Shown here: piece after piece, positions 11,990 to 24,979 of the stretch
How positions within the stretch are numbered: the first letter of the stretch is position 1
Layout of the letters: each line of letters starts with the position of its first letter
Source of the DNA: Octopus sinensis
Taxonomy: Eukaryota
Assembly: GCF_006345805.1 (NCBI RefSeq)
Contig: NC_043002.1
Span: forward strand, 25,792,001 to 25,856,000
Direction: 5' to 3'
DNA: 64,000 nucleotides
Translations under genes and position numbers: made by a program
Notes under the pieces: generated by a model
Seen by the model: only the letters and a program-made list of their open reading frames with translations
Database searches by the model: none
Told to the model about the DNA's origin: nothing

Positions 11990-12355
11990 AATATTATATA
12001 AATATATGCATATATACATACATATATGTACATACCTACATATATATGTATATATACATGCATATATTGGTGCAGGACCCCCCCCCCAAAAAAAAGGGTT
12101 GAACACATTGAGAAACGAAAACATTAAAAACAAAAACATAGAAACGAACTTTTTTTAAACAACGAAAAAAAACCCCAGAGAAACGAGACATACAACATAT
12201 AGAATATTCCTCTTCTTCAGTTGTCCCTCTTTCATCTAATCCGCTTGTCGAAGGTAAGGACAAGACGCGACTTCGTTGAAACAATCCTTTCCACAAAGCA
12301 AGTTAAATAAAATTTGGGATTTTTTGCGGAGGGTGAAAGTGGTAACAAGAACAGG
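11990..12355. mobile_element. Unclassified interspersed repeat, possibly a Penelope pLTR remnant; second diverged copy at 17890-18245
   Basis: Both copies share gagaaacgaaaacat...attcctcttcttcag...cgaaggtaagg...ttttttgcggaggg...acaagaacaggac. Confidence 0.6.
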
Positions 12356-12429
12356 ACAGTGATGTGTATGTATGTATGCATGCATGTATGTATGTATGTA
12401 TGTATGTATGTATGTATGTATGTATGTAT

Positions 12430-12630
12430 GTATGTATGTTTGTCTCCCCCACCGCTTGACAAACGGTATTGATTTCTTAATGTCCCAGCACCTTAGCAGT
12501 TCGACTAAAGAAACCGGTAGAATAAGTACCAAACTTAAAAATTAGTACTGGGGTTATTTGTTTGACCAAATCCCCCATGGCGGTACTCCAGCATGGCTGC
12601 AGTCCAATAACGGAAACAAGCAAAAGATAA
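12430..12630 (+). mobile_element. SINE-B 3' part
   Basis: cgcttgacaaacgg...ccagcatggctgcagtc. Confidence 0.78.
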
Positions 12631-12961
12631 ATGCAAAAAGTAAATTTTTTTAACGCCTACGCAGTGGATTTTTGTGGTTATCGTCACTGTATGTCGAAAT
12701 TGTCATTCTTCTTCGAATAAAGCACTTCATTTTATGTTGCTGGAATCCAATCGGCTCAAAATGAAAATCACGAACTTTTCCAAATAAAGATTTACGGTCT
12801 GCGAATAAAACGTTTTAGTAGCTCGGATATAAGTTATTTCGTTGCTGTCTTTCTTCAATGTACATAGCGATTTCATTAAGATAGGTAAAAGATTAGCATT
12901 TATAAGGTCGATCCTATTATATTATTTCCGCTTTATTTATTGATACCGAAGTTGTAAAAAA

Positions 12962-13165
12962 AATTCAGTGTTATGATTCACAGTTTTATGTTTGAAATCA
13001 TAGCCCCCGATTTCTGGGATATGATTATAAGCACGCCACAGGTCACTGATGATAGTGGTTCCTGGAAGAACTGAGTGTCGTATGCAGACCTTGTTTACAT
13101 TCCTTGTGCGCATGCACAGCATCTTTGGTTACTATGGAAACAGAGTTCTTCGCAATCAACTATGG
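12962..13165 (-). pseudogene. Merlin / IS1595-like (ISXO2) DDE transposase fragment
   Basis: VLPGTTIISDLWRAYNHIPEIGGYDFKHKTVNHNTEF matches the GT.I.SD.W.AY...H.TVNH motif. Confidence 0.8.
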
Positions 13166-13773
13166 AACACTTTGCTTACTATGCTAACAAAACTTCACGG
13201 TGATGTGTAAAATACCCAAATTTTGCAAAATTTAAAGGCTAATAACTTTTTAATTTTGAATGTATAGGAAAAATGAATTTTATTTTCATAATTAGTATAC
13301 AAAACTGAATCCATATACCAAATTTGAAAACAACTGGAACAAAATTGTAGACAGAGACGATAACCACAAAGATCCCGCAATGGAATGTAAGCATATCTAG
13401 AAAAATCTTGCTATTTTTCTCACACTGAGAAAAATAAATGAGATTATACTGGCATGTTTCGGTGTTATTGGGTACTCGTTAGGTGATGTATACCTCCCAT
13501 TCTTTTGCCCAGAAAGAGAATTTGTAGATATCACTATTTAAACCAAATCATACTAGATACTAACTTTAAGGACTAGACTCAGTCGTTGGTGTGTATAAGT
13601 AATGGATAAAAACCGTCATTTTACACAAAAATACAGTGAAATAGGTTCTGAGTTTTGTTTGACTTAAATAGCGACTACTGTTAGTTTTCAGCGAGTTGCA
13701 GAATGAGGTACTTATACTCTGTCAAGTAGACATAAAATATGTCAGAATAATTTTCTTTATTTTATTTGTGGAG

Positions 13774-13873
13774 NNNNNNNNNNNNNNNNNNNNNNNNNNN
13801 NNNNNNNNNNNNNNNNNNNNNNNNNNNNNNNNNNNNNNNNNNNNNNNNNNNNNNNNNNNNNNNNNNNNNNNNN
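13774..13873. other. Assembly gap (100 N)
   Basis: Run of exactly 100 N. Confidence 1.
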
Positions 13874-14729
13874 GAAAAGAAAGATGAAAATGTTTGAGAG
13901 GAAGGGGTAGGTGTGGCCTTTGATCAATCTTGCTTGATTCAATATGCTTTTTCTTTCAGTGACATTCTGGGTGGCGAAGGAAAAGAATTTTTTTATATTC
14001 AAGTGTTCAAAGTTTTTAATTGGAAGGACAGATGTTGTTTTTGATCTTTTTCCAGTAAAAATTATAATTACATTTCAAAGCCTTGCTTTTTAAAATTCTT
14101 TTGTATTCATTAATGTAAGGGAGAGAGAATGGTTGTATGGATGTGGTAATTTTTTTTTATTGAAATTCCAGATGCTGTTTTTGATTTAGCTGTGTATGGC
14201 TATGTTTTTTAGAAGAGTGATTTTAAAGTAAGAATAGGTATAATTTTAAATACAATCTGAAAATAAGTTTAAGCGTGGAAAAGTGTTTCTCAATTATAAA
14301 TATGATTTCAATTAAAAAAAAAAACATAAATATGATCTGCGTTCCTTGAAATTTCGTTATCCGCATATTTCCAACATTTTGAATCAAGCAAGTTTGACCT
14401 CACTAATACAAAAGCCACGCCTCTCACTCCCTCTTAGACTTTTTCTTCTTCCTTTTTGCTTCCTCTGCAAACCACCAAAACACTCCTACTTTCTTTTGTC
14501 TTCTCTATCTTCACTATCTCTCACTCTCTCTAACTGCTGCACCTTCCTTTCTAATGCATTCTTCTCTTTCTCCCCCCCCCTTTCTAAAACATCACCATCT
14601 TCAATTTTATATAAAAGGGTCAAGAAAACTTACTATAAACCACTCTTTTTAATAAATTCGATAACGGAAGAAAGCGCTAAAAATGTAAATAAAAATATAT
14701 ATAATCAGCCAACATTCTGATTACCTTAT

Positions 14730-14793
<64 letters not shown>

Positions 14794-14809
14794 CTATATA
14801 TTTTTTTTT

Positions 14810-15060
14810 TTTATTTTATAGAAGGAGCTTCTACAGGACTAGAACTGTTTCATTCAGATGAAATCTTCAGGAAGCTCTTTCTTTTTTTTATTATACATAC
14901 ATACACACATATACATACATGCACATACACACACATACATACACGTACATACATATACATCTACACATATACACATATATATATACCCATACATAAATCT
15001 ACATGTCCATATCTGAATGAAACAGTTCTAGTCCTGTAGAAGCTCCTTCTATAAAATAAA
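14810..15060. repeat. Perfect 50-bp inverted repeat (14810-14859 / 15011-15060) around a CA/TA-rich spacer
   Basis: tttattttatagaaggagcttctacaggactagaactgtttcattcagat and its exact reverse complement. Confidence 0.95.
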
Positions 15061-15154
15061 TTACTTTACTCTGCTATGTATTGAGTACCTTATTACTGTG
15101 GTTAACCCCGACTCAACCCGGACCTACATATATATATATATATATTATATATAT

Positions 15155-15192
<38 letters not shown>

Positions 15193-15197
<5 letters not shown>

Positions 15198-15527
15198 CCC
15201 CCTTCGGTCATGAGTGACCATGGGTTTGCACCTAGAGAGTTACCCTCTGAGGCACAAGTCTGGGCAAGGTTGTTTTTTATGGAAGACCAGTAGTCGCCCA
15301 TGCATACCGGCCTCCCCTCTCCACGCCACCTGTGTTATCCAAGGGAAAGACAAAGGTCGATACAGCTTGGTACCTGTGACGTCGCAACTCATTTCTACAG
15401 CTGAGTGAACTGGAGCAACGTGAAATAAAGTGTCTTGCTCAAGAACACAACACGCAGCCCGGTCCGGGATTCGAGCTCACAACCTCACGATCGTAAGCTC
15501 GACGCTCTAACCACTGAGCCATGCGCC
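15193..15527 (-). mobile_element. SINE-C, full length
   Basis: Reverse complement closely matches 8589-8926. Confidence 0.92.
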
Positions 15528-15532
15528 TTCAC

Positions 15533-15591
<59 letters not shown>

Positions 15592-15611
15592 CACACACAA
15601 ACCACCACACA

Positions 15612-15653
<42 letters not shown>

Positions 15654-15912
15654 ACACACACACATATATTATATATATATATATAAAAGGGATAAATTAT
15701 CCTAGCGGGTACCGAATAATTTCATAAAATAGAGTAGATGCAGGCTATCTACAACAGTCCAATTATAATGTAATTGGACTGTTGTCCAATTACTATGTAT
15801 TATTGCATAATACTCTGTATGTAATAACTATGTAAAGGGATACTGGTACTTGTAAGCTTCACTTGTAGTTCCTTGTTCTTATTCATAACTGCAAATATTT
15901 CGTAGAGCATAT

Positions 15913-17852
15913 AATTGAAAACCAAGAGCAGAATGGAGATTTATTCACACCCAAAACTTTTTTATTAAAACGTTTTCTGTATATAACAATGACCAACGTA
16001 TGTCTCTCTCTATATAACAATGACCAACATATGTTTCTACTGCAGCAACTGCACATTGCTCTGTATGCAATTATGCATCCAAGTCGCTGCAATTTCATCA
16101 AGGATCTATCAGTTACGACGTTTTCAAAGTGAACTAGTTCGAACAAGCTTCCTGCGTTGGTATTCAGTTGAAGGTGATAGCATTTCTTTTTTAATCGGAT
16201 TGAATTCTGGTCTTATGATCACCTCTACTGATATTACCGTTGAATCGTGGTTCTAAAATGTTCATTTCTATTACAGTTAATTGTAGCATGCAAATTCAAT
16301 GCCATAATAAGAACTAGATAAACAGACACACTTTTACAAAAAGTCATATATACCTCAATAGCATAGATACCTCTAGTTATATCGAATGGTATATAATTCC
16401 CTTCGGAAAACAAATAATTTTCAATATACTTGTTTTTTTGGCATTGACTGAACATTTTCCAAAAGATAGTAAATACTGTAGAATATTTAATAAATATAGT
16501 ATTAAATTAACAATTTCTAATAGCAAAAATTATAGCAGTACACAACGCTAGTAAATTTGATAGTTTCCATATGAACAATAGCAATAATAGTAACAAGAAT
16601 TATAATTATAGATCAATAAATAGCAGCAACATTAAAATGAGCGAACAAACCATAAGTACCACAACTAGGTATCAGGATAGGAACTATGGTTTGGCAACCA
16701 ACAAAAGAGAAGAAACCCGAGTGAACTCACCGTTAATGTGAATTCTAAAAGACACAGTACTCAGAATGTTGTCTATGTGCAAAAGGCTAATAGCTTAAAA
16801 GATAGACAGGAACATATAGAAATTACATCCAGAGAACGTGAAGTGGATACTATTAATAGAAGTAGTAGAACTATTAAATGCGATTGTGGAAGGAACATCG
16901 TCTTTTCGCTTAACTCTAATGGTAGGCATAAAAATATCGTATACGAATGTAAAATTACCTCAGAGAATAGAGAGTATTTCTATATAGGAGCTAGCTCATT
17001 CATATTAAGCAAATAATTGCCAATCATTTAAGCTCGTTTAGAAATAGGAACAAAATGAATACCACTAGCCTTAGTAAGATAATGGCACTAAAAGATAACA
17101 AAGTATTTTCTGTTGCATAGGAAATAATTAAAGCAAAACCTTATAGAATTAGCGATAATAGATGTGACGTTTGTTTGGAAGAAATGTACCAAATTTTCAC
17201 TTCTAAATTTACTCTTATAGACGTTAGACAGGAACAGCATAGGAGATGTCTACACTGGACTAAATATACATTTAAACGATTTAAATAAACATAACTTACC
17301 ATCTATAGTAATTATACTAGTTAAAAGAATTGTTGTGACATTTATGTAAATAATACTTGTAAAGATGATGATGATGATGATGATGATGATAATAATAATA
17401 ATAATAATATTAATAATAATATTAATTGAGGTTATAAACCCCAAATAAGTGAAATGCCTCTGAATAAATAATGTACTTCACACAGTAAAATATAAACAAA
17501 ATTGCTACAAATAACTGTAATATAATTGGACATTTTAGAACCAAGATTCAACGGTAATATCAGTAGAGGTGATTATATAAGGTCAGAATTCAATTCAATT
17601 TAAAAAGTAACGCTATCATCTTTAACTGAATACCAACGCAGGAAGCTTGTTTGAATTAGTTCACTTAGAAAACGTCGTAACTGATAAACTCTTGATGAAA
17701 TTGAGCGACTAGGAAGCATAATTGCATACAGAGCAACGTGCAGTTGCTGCAGTAGAAAAAAATGTTGGTCATTGTTATATATGCCGAAGAAAATATTTTA
17801 ATAAAAAAGTTTTGGGTGTGAATAAATCTTCATTCTCCAATTGGTTTTCAAT

Positions 17853-17853
<1 letters not shown>
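15913..17853 (+). mobile_element. Penelope-like element remnant: linker and GIY-YIG endonuclease between about 350-bp inverted terminal repeats
   Basis: Decayed translation EHFPKDSKYCRIFNKYSIK...NIVYECKITSENREYFYIGAS...CDVCLEE; inverted repeats at 15913-16288 and 17503-17853. Confidence 0.82.
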
Positions 17854-17884
<31 letters not shown>

Positions 17885-18347
17885 ACAATTTAATAAATAA
17901 AACATATGCATACATACATACATATATGTACATTCCTACATCTATATGTATATATACATGCATATATGAGTACAGGACACCACAAATAAACGTAGAACAC
18001 AACGAGAAACGAAAACATAAAATCAAACAAGGAAACGGACTTTTTTTAACAACGAAAAAAACAGAGTACAAGACAAACAATACAAGGGACATTCCTCTTC
18101 TTCAGCTGCCCCTGTTTCGACTCAATGCGTGTTTCGAAGGTAAGGGCAGAACACGGCCAGCCCGAAGCAGTCCTTCCTGCAAAATGAATTAAATAAATTT
18201 TTTTTGCGGAGGGGTAAAAAAGTGACAAGAACAGGACGTAAAAGCAATACAAATGAAGAAAAAAAACAGTACAAATAAAGATAAAAATAGTAAAAGACAG
18301 GACAATATATATGTATATATATATGTATATATATGCATATGTACTTA

Positions 18348-18409
<62 letters not shown>

Positions 18410-19115
18410 TATGTATATTATATGTATATATATCCTATATATATATATTCATATGTATGTACATATACATATACACATGCACGTACACTCACATACACAC
18501 ACATATACACACACACATACAAAAGTTGAAAGGATCAGGAAATTGAGCCTGCGTAACATCAAAATATTTTTCCTGGAAAACAATTTTCGAAATGGCAAAA
18601 CAACAATTCAGATGTTTGGTCAAGAATGTCAGCAGATTCTGTTGCAAATGTGAGAAGAAATATGAGAAAAAAACAAGCAATCAATTCACGGAAATGTAAC
18701 TACCACGACTAAACCAAAGCAACTGACCTAGTAATCTAAGATACTAACAACATAACAAATACATTACTAATAATACACAAATTTCAACAAAGTAAACAGA
18801 CTCTAGGCTCATTTACAACGCGTTCCATACAAAACAAACATCATTTATAAATTAACGTGAACAGTGTAAAATAAACTAAGATTATAGAAATACAACAAAA
18901 TGTTTTAGAAAAATCTAACAGAATGAATAAAAAAATGTAATGTTTAAGAAGTAAAAATGTTCTCCACTAAAGTGAAGCTCACTGGTAGCTCGGCAACACC
19001 AATTTTACTGTAAACAACCCAAGAACTACACACTCCAAAACCAAATACTTTTATCTCGAACGATCAAGGCACAAATCGCTCCAAGTACTATCCACCCTAG
19101 TGTTACTAATCTTAT

Positions 19116-19441
19116 CATAAAATACTTCGCGCTCCAACTGTGTATTCTCTCCCCAAGATGTACAAAACCAACTCCACTAATCACTCTATCGTCTCCGCCT
19201 GTATTTGCTCCACTGAATATCTTATCAGCCATCTTGATAAACAGATGTTCTTCAATATGTCGTTGCCCTACCTTCCCATAAAATACTTCGCGCTCCAACT
19301 GTGTATTCTCTCCCCAAGATGTACAAAACCAACTCCACTAATCACTCTATCATCTCCGCCTGTATTTGCTCCACTGAATATCTTATCAGCCATCTTGATA
19401 AACAGATGTTCTTCAATATGTCGTTGCCCTACCTTCCCATA
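19116..19441. repeat. Tandem duplication, 2 x 161 bp, one mismatch seen
   Basis: Units start at 19116 and 19277; CATA microhomology at the junctions. Confidence 0.97.
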
Positions 19442-21689
19442 TTAAGAATATCTTTAACATTCTCAACTCTTTTCTTCCCTCCTGGATTCTTACAACTCCT
19501 ATATATCATGCACGAGAGCTGCATTACATAGTACCATTTAACGATGGACTCTTACATAGTCCTTAGATATTTCTCTGCCTCTCATTTGAAACTAGCGGCC
19601 CTACTTTCATTTAGCAGAGCTCGTCCTTATGCATAAATGCTTTCCAATGTCCTTTGCCAATGAGTTATACAGAAATCCACCGATATCACGATAGGTACCA
19701 ATATGGGTCTCAGTTACATCAGACTTTTCGTAGACTGTATTACGGATTATAAGACCCACAACAGAACTGCACGGTTGTTATCTGTATCACAGGTGGCAAC
19801 GGATTCCCTGGAAATGGTTTCATTATGTTCATTCCTTACATCAATACTTCCCATACGAGTTTGGAATTTACTTTTAGCGTTAACGATATTTTATTCCATT
19901 CCTCGACATTCCTGTGCAATTAAATAAACTATATATTTCAATTTCCAAGTAATATAAACCTACTAACACATTTTTATCATTACTTTATTTTCTTTTCACC
20001 CTAATCATTCTAACACTGCCATGTTCTCTTTACAATTTCTTCGACCCTGTCAATCATGTAGCAACAGTTCGGATTTTCTTTCCAAATCCGAGGAATTGTG
20101 TAACTGCTACCTCGTGCGGTGTTAACCATCACCCACTAGTCACCTTCGCACTCTGTCAAATCCAGATCATTCGCATAACTTCAGCATCAGTAATAGGCAG
20201 GCAGTAGGCGAAGAAATTTTGTATTTCCTTACCAATCACCAATCTATTACTTGTTAGCTGTGCCACCAATACAATGTGGTTATGAATACGTATGTATTAG
20301 CAGTCATATCAATATATATCTATTCTTGATGTGAAACTAGGCCCCATAGGGCCTTTTCGGTAGCAAAGAATGAAGATCAAACCAACTACTTTCGTTATTA
20401 ATTCACAACTCACTAGAATTCCCTCACCTCATTTGTAACAAAGCTAAATATGTATTAATGTAACACCATTCATTTACCTATTCATAACCAGCGCTGTATT
20501 GGCATTCTAATACAACATAGTCTATAACCGCTTATTATAAGCCGCCAATTAACAGACTGAACAAAAACCTTACAAATAATTAGAGAAACGCAGACGAGAT
20601 TACAAAACATATACGTTAGAAAAATCCGACAATTCTATATAAGACTTGTTGAAGCAGTAGTTAGAAAAGATACAATTAAACATCACTTATTGCAAGTTTT
20701 TAAAGTGAATAGAAGAATGGAATGGATAAAACAAACATCAGTGATTTTAGCCGTATTATTTTTATCCGCATTTTATTGATTTTTTATTCTTTTACTAGCT
20801 TCAGTCTTTTAGGGCTGCAACTATCCAAGAATGGTTTTATTCGATTATATCGATCCCAAAGCCTCGTCTGGTACTTATTATATCGATCGCGATTTATGAA
20901 TAGCTAGGTCCATTAATGAACTTAGTTATTGTTGTTAATGGGCGTAAGTACCGCAATGCATTTCATTGTTAGACTCATTGATATATCGGGCATCACTTAC
21001 TGATGTATGCATACGCATTATTAATGCATATATGATACATAAAATCTCACACACACAGTTATATATCTATAAAAGTATACAAAATTATAAAATTATTTAT
21101 TCGAAGCTGGAAGTTCTGGGATCGTTACTCTGAGTTTAATGCTACCGATCTTATGACGATTAGTGAAAATTGAATCAATGACCTATATATTTATGCACAA
21201 GATTTTGAGGAAGCTGGCGTATTGTGACTGGCTGATACATGTATCTGATTATTTTCTAAATGTAATATCATCATAAATATGGCGTATATATAAGAAAAAT
21301 TGCAATGTATTAACAATGCGAAATTAAATATGAAAAAAATATATGAATATGGGGAAATATGAAAAATATTTCTTTAAAAAAAAGATATTTGTGGCAATAG
21401 ATATAGATATTAATATAAAATAGCAATAATATTCTATTCTAGTGTTTATCGCACTTTTAGTGCTGGGTCTGCTATCATACATACTGCAATATATACAGTT
21501 TGCAATCATACATACTAATGCGATTCCGTGTTGCTTTAATCGATATGTCTCTCCATTTGACATTGGAGGTTTGTCTCCCTTCAGCTTGCCCGCAAAGTTT
21601 CCTTGCCTCTTCGCAAGGAGGTTTGCATTAAAAGTTGGAATTTGAAGTCAAAACGCAAAGCGCCAGAACGAATATCACAAAACATCTCG

Positions 21690-22070
21690 TCCAATGCTCT
21701 AACACTCTGTACTGGTACTCTATTTATTGATCCTGAAAAGATAAAAAAACTATGTCGACGTTATCAAGACTTGAACTCAAACCGCAGAGAGTCGGAACAG
21801 TTGCTTCAAGATTTTGTAGAAGGCTTTCCGCCGAAAGGAATATTAATATCAATGTTAGTTCAAAGTTGGCGGCGAGTTGGCCGAATCATTGGCACTCCGG
21901 GAAAAATGCTTAGCGACATTTCGTCTGTCTTTTTGTTGAGATCAAATTCCTTTCATTCTTTCGGCAGTCAGTAAAATAAGTACCAGTTGAGTACTGGAGT
22001 CGATTTAATCGACTTATCTCCTCCCCCGAAATTTCTGGCATTGTGCCAAAATTTGAAACGAATATTAGGT
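21690..22070. mobile_element. Two diverged SINE-A copies (21690-21830 -, 21866-22070 +)
   Basis: aagtaccagttgagtactggagtcgat...aaatttgaaac. Confidence 0.72.
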
Positions 22071-22232
22071 CAAAATGCTTTTTGTTACAAACACCACTGA
22101 ATATTTAACCTGTAGATAAAACAAAAATTTTTAATAAAAAAAACAATCAGAAAATGCGCAATAACACAGGCATTCGAAATTGTTACTTAAAATATTATAA
22201 TAATGTTATAATATATTAAATTTTTCAGTATA

Positions 22233-22617
22233 GGCGCAGGAGTGGCTGTGTGGTTAGTAGCTTGCTTACCAACCATATGGGTCTGGGTTCAGTCCCACTC
22301 CGTGGCTCCTTGGGCAAGTGTCTTCTACTATAGCCTCGGGCCGACCAAAGCCTTGTGAGTGGATTTGGTAGACGGAAACTGAAAGAAGCCCGTCGTATAT
22401 ATGTATGTGTATGTCTTTGTGTGTCTGTGTTTGTCCCCCCCAACATCGCTTGACAACCGATGGTGGTGTGTTTACGTCCCCGTAAATTAGCGGTTCGGCA
22501 ATAGAGACCAATAGAGTAAGTACTAGGCTTCAAAAGAATAAGTCCTGGGGTCGATTTGCTCGACTAAAGACGGTGCTCCAACATGGCCGCAGTCAAATGA
22601 CTGAAACAAATAAAAGT
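22233..22617 (+). mobile_element. SINE-B, full length
   Basis: Head ggcgcaggagtggctgtgtgg through tail aatgactgaaacaaataaaag; internal TA/TG tract. Confidence 0.93.
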
Positions 22618-22689
22618 GTAAAATGTAAGTCAAAGATTATAATGAACATAACGGATTATCATCTTGAAGGCAGTATTATTCGTGTCCTA

Positions 22690-23055
22690 TTAATTCCAAA
22701 TCTATTTGAACTTCGTTTCAGTCATTGGACTTCGGCATTTCCAAAGCACTGCATTGTAGAATTAAACTGAACAAATCGACCCACTACCTATTTTTTTAAG
22801 TCTAGTACTTAGTCTATCCTCTTTTATTTTTTTTTTTACCGAACCATTAACATATGAGGACGTAAACAAACCAATACCTGTTGTTAAACGATGGGAGAAC
22901 TAAGGCAAGCACCAGCACAAACACATATACGTATATACGATAGGCTTCCACACATTTTCCGCATACCAAATTCATCTACAAGACATTGGGACTCTACTAG
23001 AAGACTCTTTTCCGTGCTGCCACTTAGTTAATCCATAGCTATGTCTGAGCCTATG

Positions 23056-23102
<47 letters not shown>

Positions 23103-23352
23103 AATATAATCTTTTACTTGTTTCAATCATTAGACATAGCTATGGGTTAAGCAAACTAAGTGGCGGCACGGAAAAGAGTCTTCTAGTAGAGTTCCGAGTC
23201 GGTCAATGCTTTGTAGATGAATTTGGTATGCGGAAACAGTGTGGAAGCCTGTCGTATATACATATATATGTGTTTGTGTTGGTGTTTGCCTTAGTTCTTC
23301 CATCGTTTAACAACCGTGTGGCCGCAGTCTAATGACCGAAACAAGTACAAGA
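22690..23352. mobile_element. Decayed SINE-B with a local inverted copy of itself
   Basis: Arms 22880-23046 and 23132-23314 share non-consensus variants. Confidence 0.8.
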
Positions 23353-23639
23353 TTTTATATATATATTTAATTATATCAAAGGGAAATGGAAATGAATTAA
23401 AATTTCCATTTCCAGTGGCCTAACGTGTAAAAATTTAGTCCAAAGACTATGTACTAGTCATAAAATACAGTGTACATTTAAACACATAAGGAATCCACTT
23501 GTGGGATTGAACATTTTTTCATTTCGTTTCTGTCGAATTTTATCCCTAATTTTGTGGTTATGGAACCTAGCTGTTCTTTCTAGCGTGTTGAATCCCACAA
23601 GTGGATTCCTCATGTGTTTAAATATATATATATACTGGG

Positions 23640-23786
23640 GCACTGCTTTCAAGAGTTTTAGTCGAACAACTCGACCCAGTACTTTCGTTTTAAAGTCTGA
23701 TGCTCATCCTGTCAATCTCTTTCTTGCCGAACTGCTAAGTTACGGGAACGTAAACAGATTAATACCGGGTGTTAAGCGGTCTAGAG

Positions 23787-23840
<54 letters not shown>

Positions 23841-23860
23841 ACACACGCACATACACACAC

Positions 23861-23905
<45 letters not shown>

Positions 23906-24072
23906 CACACGCACACATAAACAAGACGGAATTCTTTCAGTTTCCGTCAGCCAAATCCACGCACAAAGCTCTGGCTGGTCCGGAGTTACTGCAGATGACA
24001 CTTGTCTAAGGTACCACGCAGTGGGACTGAACCCAGAAACATGTGGTTGAGAAGCGAACTTTTTACCACGCA
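23640..24072 (-). mobile_element. SINE-B with expanded internal (CA)n
   Basis: ccacgcagtgggactgaaccc; ttgccgaactgctaagttacggg. Confidence 0.82.
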
Positions 24073-24439
24073 GTCTCTTTGACGCCTATGCACATATTTG
24101 AGTATATATTCACCATATTTTCCACGCGATTGTTAAACAACCACTGTTTGAGTTATGTTTTTTCATATCTAATTCAATTAAAAATTTAAATATATATTAG
24201 AATTAAATATTTAGCAGCATATAATTAGGAGCATACATCAAAGACTCGTTATTTCAAATATTGGTATGAATGTGACACGCTTCCTATTTTAAACAATATT
24301 TCAGAAATAAATATTCCCATCGAAAAACTGATTCCATCATAATTACTGCCAATCAGAAGAATCTTCTTCCTTGAAATATTGTGCATAAATGTAGAACCAA
24401 TTATTTCCAGGTTTTTTCAATATTCGTTTGCATAAAGCT

Positions 24440-24652
24440 GAGGAGCTGATAAAATCGTTAGCACGCCGGGCAAAATGCTTAGCGGCATTTCTTCCGTCTT
24501 TACGTTGTGAGTTCAAATTCCGCCGAGGTTGGCTTTGTCTTTTATCCTTTCGGGGCCGATAAAATAAGTACCAGTTGGATACTGGGATCAACGTGATTGA
24601 CTTACCCTATCTCTCGAAGTTTCTGGTACTGCGCCAAAATTTGAAACCAATA
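24440..24652 (+). mobile_element. SINE-A
   Basis: cgttagcacgccgggcaaaatgcttagcgg...gagttcaaattccgccgagg. Confidence 0.85.
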
Positions 24653-24979
24653 TTTGCTTGCATAACGGAAATGTGAGACTCAGAGAAGTCAATTTGCAAA
24701 GATTCAGTTTCTAATATGTAATATACCAATCCCATTGTACTCCAATATTCAATATTTTCTTTACATCACTTGTATGCGCAAAAAATGACTCTCTTCCCTC
24801 TTTCTCTCACTCACACGCCCATATAAGTATGTACACACACACACACACACACACACATGTATAAAGTTTAGCAGTAGGACTTAAAATAAACCACATGAAA
24901 ACAAAATACACCGAAAAGAGGTGGTAAGAGACGAAGTCGAAGACCTAAAGAAAAGAAGGAGTTGAGGCACACAGTGGAT

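Noticed and set aside
19440-20420. MULE transposase (IYIDMT and CITHW motifs in one minus frame)
   Set aside because: The motifs are about 200 aa apart, too far for the MULE core, with many stops; left unclassified.
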